Notes: generated by a model from the sequence alone, not told the origin. 10,286 bases of DNA from Candidatus Cryosericum sp. (GCA_049699855.1 JBNAWM010000054.1:1-10286); one strand, 5' to 3'. Positions 1-6,198 are shown, counted from the first letter of the stretch. Numbers and translations are program-made.

Positions 1-141
1 GTATCGTTCGACCCTTATCAGGTAGGGCCTTACGCCGCAGGCCCTCGAGAGGTGCACATTCCGCTGGCCGAAGTCCAGCCAATGCTCTCCGTCGTTCTTT
101 CGCCCGCGGCCTTCAGTCTCGTACTGGAGGCAGTGCCGTAG
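1..141 (+). CDS. 3' end of an RsiV/DUF3298-family protein (5'-truncated by the window)
   Basis: Frame 1 is open from base 1 to TAG at 139-141 and reads VSFDPYQVGPYAAGPREVHIPLAEVQPML. This matches the F-x-P-Y-[EQ]-[IV]-[AG]-P-Y-A-x-G...IP C-terminal signature of DUF3298/RsiV. It is not in the ORF track. Confidence 0.75.
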   Translation, partial: VSFDPYQVGPYAAGPREVHIPLAEVQPMLSVVLSPAAFSLVLEAVP

Positions 142-156
142 GGCCGGGCTCCTCAC

Positions 157-471
157 ATGGTGGCCGATTCATTTTTTGAACAGGTCTGGACGATTGTTGC
201 CACCATACCGCGCGGCAGGGTGACGACGTATGGCGCCATCGCGCGGGTCCTGGGCAGTCCTGGCGCTGCCAGGACGGTCGGGTGGGCAATGCGGGCAGCT
301 CCGGCAGGATCGAAGCTGCCATGCCACCGCGTCGTCAAAGCGACGGGCGAGCTGTCACCGGCCGATGCTTTTGGCGGTCCTGGCGTTCAGCGATCGCTGC
401 TGGAGGACGAAGGGGTCGTGTTCGACACAGCAGGACGCGTCGACATGAAGCGCTGCTTCTGGATGCCCTGA
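157..471 (+). CDS. MGMT-family (O6-alkylguanine DNA-binding / alkyltransferase-like) single-domain protein, 104 aa
   Basis: Contains IPRGRVTTYGAIA (HTH), ARTVG (Arg finger), LPCHRVV (active-site motif, Cys56 codon at 322-324) and C-terminal QRSLLEDEGV. Confidence 0.92.
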   Translation: MVADSFFEQVWTIVATIPRGRVTTYGAIARVLGSPGAARTVGWAMRAAPAGSKLPCHRVVKATGELSPADAFGGPGVQRSLLEDEGVVFDTAGRVDMKRCFWMP

Positions 472-576
472 CGCTCCCTGACGGGAAGAGGGAGATCGCA
501 TCCAGGGAGTCGTTCATGACCGGCATCTTGAGTTTGCCGCAAAAGTCCTCATGCTGTGAGCACTACGGAGGAAGCG

Positions 577-1545
577 ATGGCTGAGCCAAGGAAACGACTG
601 GAATCCATAGATGCGTTCAGGGGATTTTCGATCCTGCTCATGGCGCTGGCAGACTACCTGGCCGGCCCAGCCGTCGTTCCTGCATGGCTCAAGCATCCTG
701 CCGACATCGGCCTGACCGTGATCGACATCATCGCTCCGATGTTCATCACTGCCATCGGACTGACGTTTGGCCTCTCCTTCCGGTCAAGGTTGGCACGGGA
801 TGGAAAGCAAAAGACGGTCATGCACTTCCTGGAGCGCAACCTCGCTCTTATTGGCCTGGGAGCATTGTTCACGACGCTGGGGAACATTTCCGGAGCAGAG
901 ATCGACCCTTCCAACTGGGGCCTACTGCAGGCTATCGGGGTCGCTGGACTGATTACGCTGGTCTTCATCGAGATGCCGGTTCGAGCGCGGTGGATCGTCA
1001 GCCTGGGGTTGCTGGCTGTGTATCAGGTTTTGCTGAACAGCTTGTGGCTGGGGACGGTGGTGAGCTCGACGCATGGTGGAATTGAAGGGGCCTTGTCATG
1101 GGGGGCGATGCTGATCATGGCGACCGCACTTGGGGACATGTTTCATGACGTTTCCCGGGGCAGGCGCTGGGTGCCATGGACAGCGGGGAGCATGGTGGCG
1201 GTGGGATGGCTGCTTGCCCTGGTGGTACCCATCAGCAAACACCGTGTCTCGGCCAGTTACGTGCTGGTGTCGCTGGGTATCAGCGCTCTTGTCTTCTGGT
1301 GCTTCCATCTGATGGAGCAGCGGTTTGGCCGTACCATCCCCATGCTGGTGAAGTGGGGACGCAATTCGCTGCTGCTGTACCTGTTGCACGGAGCTCTGCT
1401 GGGCATTGTTGTCCTGCCACAGGCTCCCTGGTGGTATGAGCAGGCGCCCGCATGGCTTGTGGTTCTGCAGGCTGTCGGCATGGTCGGGGTGCTGAATTGG
1501 GTTGCATGGATACTGGAGCGGAAACACATTCAGTTCTCACTGTAG
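577..1545 (+). CDS. DUF1624 / heparan-alpha-glucosaminide N-acetyltransferase-like (NagX-like) membrane acyltransferase, about 322 aa
   Basis: Has N-terminal RLESIDAFRG, a conserved His (WLKH), GLTVIDIIAPMF, WGLLQAIG, PISKHRVSASYVL and GRNSLLLYL, plus many hydrophobic segments. GGAGG at 567-571 favours ATG577 over GTG556. Confidence 0.85.
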   Translation: MAEPRKRLESIDAFRGFSILLMALADYLAGPAVVPAWLKHPADIGLTVIDIIAPMFITAIGLTFGLSFRSRLARDGKQKTVMHFLERNLALIGLGALFTTLGNISGAEIDPSNWGLLQAIGVAGLITLVFIEMPVRARWIVSLGLLAVYQVLLNSLWLGTVVSSTHGGIEGALSWGAMLIMATALGDMFHDVSRGRRWVPWTAGSMVAVGWLLALVVPISKHRVSASYVLVSLGISALVFWCFHLMEQRFGRTIPMLVKWGRNSLLLYLLHGALLGIVVLPQAPWWYEQAPAWLVVLQAVGMVGVLNWVAWILERKHIQFSL

Positions 1546-1563
1546 AAGCGGCAAGGAGGAATC

Positions 1564-1842
1564 ATGGATGAATACACAGAGGTTGTCGTCGTCGCGGGCG
1601 AGTCCGAGGCGGAAGACATTGTCAAAGCTCTGGGAGCTGCCGGCATCACAGCGTTTTTTCGCCCCACCGCGGGTCCGCAAGAGATGTTTCGTGTAATGGC
1701 GGTCGCATCTGCCATCGAGGCGGCGCGCGAGGTGGCCGGCTTGCTCCAGAGCTGCGAGTGTGACCAGGAGGGCAGCGGAGAGGAAGCCGAGGTGCACGTC
1801 CAGGCATCGAAACGGACGCACCGCAAGGGCATCATCGAGTGA
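1564..1842 (+). CDS. Small hypothetical protein, possibly DUF2007 (putative signal-transducing, PII-like fold), 92 aa
   Basis: Strong RBS AAGGAGG at 1553-1559. The pattern EAEDIVKALGAAGI...RVMAV...IEAAREV resembles DUF2007, followed by an acidic tail. The family call is tentative. Confidence 0.7.
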   Translation: MDEYTEVVVVAGESEAEDIVKALGAAGITAFFRPTAGPQEMFRVMAVASAIEAAREVAGLLQSCECDQEGSGEEAEVHVQASKRTHRKGIIE

Positions 1843-1854
1843 CGGTCTCCGATC

Positions 1855-1883
1855 GGTAACCTTTGCCGGGGCCCCGACGTAAA
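1855..1883 (+). promoter_or_regulatory. Candidate ECF sigma-factor promoter
   Basis: GGTAAC (1855-1860), a 17-nt spacer starting CTTT, then CGTAAA (1878-1883). This fits the AAC-N16/17-CGT ECF consensus and lies in the intergenic gap before ATG1942. Confidence 0.55.
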
Positions 1884-1941
1884 CGGGATGAGCGGCTGGC
1901 ACATGGGAAAGGAAGACCGGCCACAAGGACAAGGAGCAGAC

Positions 1942-2667
1942 ATGCCTGAGCAGAAGAGTCGCAGGGCTCGCACGCCGCACGAGAACTTTGGTATTTTCTT
2001 GATTGTGGTGGGGGTGATCATCCTCGCATTCCAATTCGTTCACATCGATCTGGGTTGGCTCCCACGGCGGTGGGCGGATCTGTCGTGGCCTCTTCAGTTG
2101 ATCATACCGGGGCTGGCAGTGTTCGCTGTGGGGCTTGTCCTGCCGGATGGGGCAGGCGAGGGCTTGTCGGGGTTCGGGTTGATTGTGGCCTCGGTGGGAG
2201 CATTGCTGTGGTATCAGGATGTGACCGGGACGTGGGCAAGCTGGGCGTATGCCTGGGCACTCGTGTTCCCTGGCGCCGGCGGGTTGGCGGGCATCATCCA
2301 TGGGACGCTGCATGCCAATTGGCGGCATGTACGCGAGAGCGCCGGCGGGTTCCTGTTCGGTATCGTGATGTTTGTCGTGCTTGGCCTTGTGTTTGAGTCC
2401 TGGCTTGGGTTTGAGGGATTTGGCCTGGGCAGGCTGGCGTCACTTGTTCCAGCGTGGATTCCCGGCGCGGCCATCCTTGCAGTCGGGCTCATCGTTCTGC
2501 TTGCCGGCAGTTCCGGGGGCAGGCGTAGCTCCGCACGGGGTGAACGCCAGAGTGGTCAGCCGGGGCCGGCAGCGTCCGCGGGCGTGCCTGCCGAGCCTCA
2601 GCACATGGAAACCATCGATCTCCCTCATCCGTCCGAATCGGACAAGAGCTCTTCGCCTCCTGCCTAG
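1942..2667 (+). CDS. Multi-pass membrane protein with LiaI/LiaF(DUF5668)-like TM segments and a disordered C-terminal tail, about 241 aa
   Basis: AAGGAG at 1931-1936 favours ATG1942 over ATG1888. About 6 hydrophobic helices, with motifs FGIFLIVVGVIIL...SWPLQLIIPGL and WASWAYAWAL, and a Ser/Pro/Gly-rich tail. Confidence 0.78.
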   Translation: MPEQKSRRARTPHENFGIFLIVVGVIILAFQFVHIDLGWLPRRWADLSWPLQLIIPGLAVFAVGLVLPDGAGEGLSGFGLIVASVGALLWYQDVTGTWASWAYAWALVFPGAGGLAGIIHGTLHANWRHVRESAGGFLFGIVMFVVLGLVFESWLGFEGFGLGRLASLVPAWIPGAAILAVGLIVLLAGSSGGRRSSARGERQSGQPGPAASAGVPAEPQHMETIDLPHPSESDKSSSPPA

Positions 2668-3248
2668 AAGCGGCTGGCCAGCAGACGGGCAAGAGCGTCG
2701 AGGGCGACGATGGGCTCCGGCGTACCGCTTGGGGCCGGGGCGTTCAGCGTATACAGCAGCGTGAAGACGGTGTTGTTCTTCCGTACGATCAGCGCAGCAG
2801 CAGCAGGGTCCGTGAAGCGTGCAGAGGCATCTCCAATAACTGCTTTGCCCGTATCGTCAGCCAGCCCAGTGCTTTCCACCTTGGTCTTGTACGATGCATA
2901 GGCCTCCTGGGGCAGGGTGGAGCCAGCAGCCGGCGCGAACTGGCCGCCGAGGAAGGTAACCGAGCCGGTCCTGAAATCCAGGGTCAGTCCGCTCTTTGCA
3001 TCAGCCAATTCCTTTCCCTGGGCATCGGGAAAGAAAACAAACGTGTTGTCAGCATAGCGGACGTCGAGGGCTGCTCCCAGTCCGGCAGCCTTCAGGTCCT
3101 CCGGGGTGAGCGTCACGCCCGGAAGCACCGTGACGGGGGTGTCGACCGTTGTTCCATGAAGAGCGGCGATGAGTGTGACCGTGCCCCCGCTGACAAGTCC
3201 GAGCACGACGAGCAGGGTAACCCAGATGCGCATGCGTTTGCGGTTCAT
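2664..3248 (-). CDS. Exported or membrane-anchored hypothetical protein, 194 aa
   Basis: GGAGG RBS upstream. A basic N-terminus (MNRKRMR) and hydrophobic stretch precede a soluble domain. Its stop codon overlaps the stop of the convergent gene in CTAG at 2664-2667. Confidence 0.8.
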   Translation of the reverse strand: MNRKRMRIWVTLLVVLGLVSGGTVTLIAALHGTTVDTPVTVLPGVTLTPEDLKAAGLGAALDVRYADNTFVFFPDAQGKELADAKSGLTLDFRTGSVTFLGGQFAPAAGSTLPQEAYASYKTKVESTGLADDTGKAVIGDASARFTDPAAAALIVRKNNTVFTLLYTLNAPAPSGTPEPIVALDALARLLASRF

Positions 3249-3271
3249 GATTTCCTCCGATTGGTGCCTTC

Positions 3272-3299
3272 AGTATAGGGGTGCCCGGAGCTCAGGCAA
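3272..3299 (-). promoter_or_regulatory. Candidate sigma70-type promoter for the 2664-3248 gene
   Basis: The minus strand reads TTGCCT (3299-3294), 16 nt, then TATACT (3277-3272), just upstream of the RBS. Confidence 0.55.
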
Positions 3300-3304
3300 C
3301 CACA

Positions 3305-3997
3305 TCAATGTGCAAGCAGACTGCGAGCCAGAACGAGGACGGCCAGGTGTGCCGGGTAGTATGCGTAGAAGAACAGCCCCGGTACGTGCCAGCGGCGCAG
3401 GCGCGGAGGCCACAGAATGAAGGGCAGACTTGCCAAAGCGTAGATCTGTACGGGCCAGAGCAAGGTGCCGGCCACTAGATGAAGGGTTCCGTGCGCCAAG
3501 GCAAGCTGGTCTCTGTGCTGGAAGAACAGGTAACTGACCAGGCACAGCAGGACGCCATACAGGCCATAGTCCGGACCGACAGCCGGCAGCCACAGCTGTG
3601 GAGCCGAGAGACCCAGTGCCAGCGCGACAGCCCACCACCTGCGCCGGTCCCATCCCCACATCGCCAGCAACCCAAGTAAGAGAGTAGCCAGAATGTTGAG
3701 TGTCCACGGCTTCACGCCAAAGGCGATCATGTAGACAGGCTGGGCGATGAGACCCCAGAGCGCAAGCCGCAGGATGTAGCGCCTGAGATTGTGTGTATGG
3801 ATGTACCCGGCGGCCAGCTGGTAGGCAAAGATGGGGAAGGCGATGCGCCCGATGATGCGAAGCCACAGCACGTGTGGCAGAAGGATGGCGCCCACATGGT
3901 CGATGGTCATGGTGAGGATGGCGACCAGCTTGAGGGCGTCCGATTGTTCCAGCGTTGGATGGCTCGGGGCCGTCTGCTCCCTGTCGTCCACGGTCAT
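3305..3997 (-). CDS. TraX-family membrane protein (putative acyltransferase), 230 aa
   Basis: Contains DALKLVAILTMTIDH, IGRIAFPIF, G-Y-x-H-T, LNILATL, DYGLYGV and FFYAYYPAHL, all typical of the TraX family. Confidence 0.88.
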   Translation of the reverse strand: MTVDDREQTAPSHPTLEQSDALKLVAILTMTIDHVGAILLPHVLWLRIIGRIAFPIFAYQLAAGYIHTHNLRRYILRLALWGLIAQPVYMIAFGVKPWTLNILATLLLGLLAMWGWDRRRWWAVALALGLSAPQLWLPAVGPDYGLYGVLLCLVSYLFFQHRDQLALAHGTLHLVAGTLLWPVQIYALASLPFILWPPRLRRWHVPGLFFYAYYPAHLAVLVLARSLLAH

Positions 3998-4024
3998 TGT
4001 CGATACACCGTCTCCTTCTCTGTC

Positions 4025-4052
4025 TTGACAGTACCCGCTGCAGCACTAAAAT
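4025..4052 (+). promoter_or_regulatory. Sigma70-type promoter of the tRNA gene
   Basis: Perfect TTGACA (4025-4030), 16 nt, then TAAAAT (4047-4052), ending 19 nt before the tRNA. Confidence 0.8.
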
Positions 4053-4071
4053 ACTGCAGCAAACAGTCTGT

Positions 4072-4146
4072 TGGGGCGTCGTCTAATGGTAGGACAGTGG
4101 CCTTTGGAGCCATGAATTGCTGGTTCGACTCCAGCCGCCTCAGCCA
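4072..4146 (+). tRNA. tRNA-Gln(UUG), 75 nt, CCA encoded
   Basis: Folds as a cloverleaf. Acceptor TGGGGCG/CGCCTCA; D arm GTC-TAATGGTAG-GAC; anticodon arm GTGGC-CTTTGGA-GCCAT with TTG at 4104-4106; T arm GCTGG-TTCGACT-CCAGC; discriminator G then CCA. U1-A72 is typical of bacterial tRNA-Gln. Confidence 0.96.
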
Positions 4147-4156
4147 CTTTCCCCCG

Positions 4157-4174
4157 TCAAATCCAAACGCCTCA
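4157..4174 (+). repeat. Degenerate direct repeat of the tRNA 3' end
   Basis: TCAAATCCAAACGCCTCA (4157-4174) against TCGACTCCAGCCGCCTCA (4125-4142) gives 14/18 identity without gaps. Each copy is followed within 1-2 nt by CCA. Confidence 0.45.
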
Positions 4175-4227
4175 ATCCAGGGTTGATGCGGTCGAATCAG
4201 CACAGCCGGAGGAAAGAGGCGCTTTCC

Positions 4228-4236
4228 ATTATAGCA
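4228..4236 (-). promoter_or_regulatory. Candidate extended -10 promoter element
   Basis: The minus strand reads TGCTATAAT (TGn + TATAAT) in the intergenic gap. No clear -35 element. Confidence 0.4.
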
Positions 4237-4259
4237 GATTTGTTGGAATCCGTTCGAGA

Positions 4260-5369
4260 CTACATTCCCTTCATAGACGCATCTACCGTCATATCGACCA
4301 GTTTCTGGAGGTTCACCGGAAGTCCCTGGATGGTCACGTCCAGGAATCCGCGGATGATCAGAGAGATTGCGTTGGCTTCGGTGATACCCCGCGCCATGAG
4401 GTACTCCACTTCGTCTTTTGCAATCTTGCCGACTGCAGCTTCATGACTCATTTCTACGTCCTGAAGCGATGACTTCAGCTCAGGCACCGTGTGAATGAAA
4501 CCGGTGTCTTTCAGCATGAGTCCGTCGCACTCCATGTGGGCCCTGATGTTTTTGGCTTCCCCAATCAGTGCGCCCCGCGTATAGATTTCTCCACCGCTGC
4601 TTACCGCTCTGCTGATGATCTCCCCATTGCTTCCCTCTCCCTGCAGGTAGATGTTGCCGCCGATGTCGAGGTGCGTTTCCTCCGGCGCATAGAGGATGGA
4701 GTACAGCTTGGCTGACGCATTCCTGCCCATGAGGAAGACGTTGGGCGAACTCTGGGTGGAGTAGACCGTCTTCATGGAGATGTAGTTGGATACGAAATTG
4801 CCATTCTCGCCGACCATGGCTCCCGTCCTCGGCCGCACCGCCACTTCTTTTGCCCAGTCATGGATCATGGTGTAGGTGAGCGAAGCATCCTTCTTGACAT
4901 AGACTTCCGTGACCGAGATATGATTTCCCTCAGTGTAGTAATTGGCCGCCGCGCATCCGTTGGTGATGTGCAGTTCAGACCCTTCCTCGGCGATGATGAT
5001 GTTGTGGATCAGTTGGTCGTACTTGGAGCTCTTCAAGACAAAGCAGGCCTGAACCGGGACCCTGGACTTCGTGCCAGGGAAGGACCGGATGAGGTACCCC
5101 AGAGGAGGCGCCTCATGGACGCGTTTCGTGAACTCGTCCTTGTCAGGACTGACCGCCTTCCAGTAGTACTCCTTCAGCCACTCGTACTTCTCCAGAGCCA
5201 TGGAGAGAGGAATGATCTCGACGCCCTGCTGGATGGGCTTGAATTCCTTAACCTGGCCGTCGATGATGACAAAACTTCCCGCCCTGTCCTCGCTGGCGGT
5301 ATCAAAGCCGACATCCAGCAGTTTCTGCTCTTCGATGCCGGACAGATCCAACCCTTCTATCTCATGCAT
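4260..5369 (-). CDS. smsB: SufB/SufD-family Fe-S assembly protein (SmsB type), about 369 aa
   Basis: Contains PVQACF, HNIIIAEEGSELHITNGC, MIHDW, AHMECDGLML, SHEAAVGKIA and YLMARGI...LIIRGFL. AGGGAG 8 nt upstream favours ATG5369. It is the only SufBD gene next to the sufC homologue. Confidence 0.9.
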   Translation of the reverse strand: MHEIEGLDLSGIEEQKLLDVGFDTASEDRAGSFVIIDGQVKEFKPIQQGVEIIPLSMALEKYEWLKEYYWKAVSPDKDEFTKRVHEAPPLGYLIRSFPGTKSRVPVQACFVLKSSKYDQLIHNIIIAEEGSELHITNGCAAANYYTEGNHISVTEVYVKKDASLTYTMIHDWAKEVAVRPRTGAMVGENGNFVSNYISMKTVYSTQSSPNVFLMGRNASAKLYSILYAPEETHLDIGGNIYLQGEGSNGEIISRAVSSGGEIYTRGALIGEAKNIRAHMECDGLMLKDTGFIHTVPELKSSLQDVEMSHEAAVGKIAKDEVEYLMARGITEANAISLIIRGFLDVTIQGLPVNLQKLVDMTVDASMKGM

Positions 5370-6109
5370 GATCCACACTCCCTGAAACCATAATTGCGTA
5401 TGTCCGCCAGTACATCGCGTGCATACCCCTGGCAGACAATCTTTCCATTAACCAGGACATAGCCGATTTCGGCTTCCACGTAATCCAGGATGTCACCCGT
5501 ATGGGTGATGATGAGGCCGGCAACGGTCCTCTCCTTGATGACCTTGTCTTTTTCCAGGAGATGCGCCATGACACTGCCCAGGACTTTGATATTCTCGAGG
5601 TCGACGCCTGATTCCGGTTCATCAAACATGGCAAAGCTTGGCTTCTGCGCAATCAGTTGCAGAACCTCGGACCGTTTGGTCTCGCCGCCGGAAAAGCCGG
5701 AGTTCACGTCGCGCAGGAGGTGTTCGCGCAGATTGAGTTTCTCGATGTAGGGCTCGTACTCTTTGCCGGTCTTGATGCTGTCAAGCATCCTGGCAAGCGT
5801 GACCCCCTTGACGCTGGGTGGCTTCTGGAACGCGATGCCCATGCCAAGCTTTGCTCGCTCGTAGGGCGCAAGGTGATTCAGCTCCTGCCCCTTGAAGAGA
5901 ATCCTTCCCTCGGTGATCTCGTACCCGCCGAAGCCCATCAAGGTCATCAACAGTGTTGTCTTTCCACTGCCGTTGGCTCCAAACAGAGCTATCGTTTCAC
6001 CTTCGTGGATCGACAGGTTGATTCCGTTCAGGATCTCCTTCGTCTCGACGCGGACGTGGAGATTCTCTATTCGCAGGACTTCTTTCTTCTCATCAATGCC
6101 ATCTGCCAT
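5357..6109 (-). CDS. smsC: SufC-like ABC ATPase (SmsC type), 250 aa
   Basis: Walker A GANGSGKT, Q-loop AFQKP, signature VNSGFSGGE, Walker B MFDEPESGVD, H-loop IITH, and C-terminal C226-X18-C245-X2-C248. Confidence 0.92.
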   Translation of the reverse strand: MADGIDEKKEVLRIENLHVRVETKEILNGINLSIHEGETIALFGANGSGKTTLLMTLMGFGGYEITEGRILFKGQELNHLAPYERAKLGMGIAFQKPPSVKGVTLARMLDSIKTGKEYEPYIEKLNLREHLLRDVNSGFSGGETKRSEVLQLIAQKPSFAMFDEPESGVDLENIKVLGSVMAHLLEKDKVIKERTVAGLIITHTGDILDYVEAEIGYVLVNGKIVCQGYARDVLADIRNYGFRECGSCMR

Positions 6110-6198
6110 TTCGCACCTTCTATTGTTAGACTATATAGTAACTGTGCAACTCCAAGCATAGGTGGGAAGAGCCTGAGTGCAATGAAAAAGCCTTCACC

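Noticed and set aside
3305..3997. TraX as evidence for a conjugative or mobile element
   Set aside because: No relaxase, T4SS, pilin or integrase is present in the window, and stand-alone chromosomal TraX-family genes are common.
3994..4203. 69-aa minus-strand ORF whose stop overlaps the traX start (ATGA)
   Set aside because: It runs antisense across the tRNA and its promoter and has no recognisable motif. The tRNA explains the sequence better.
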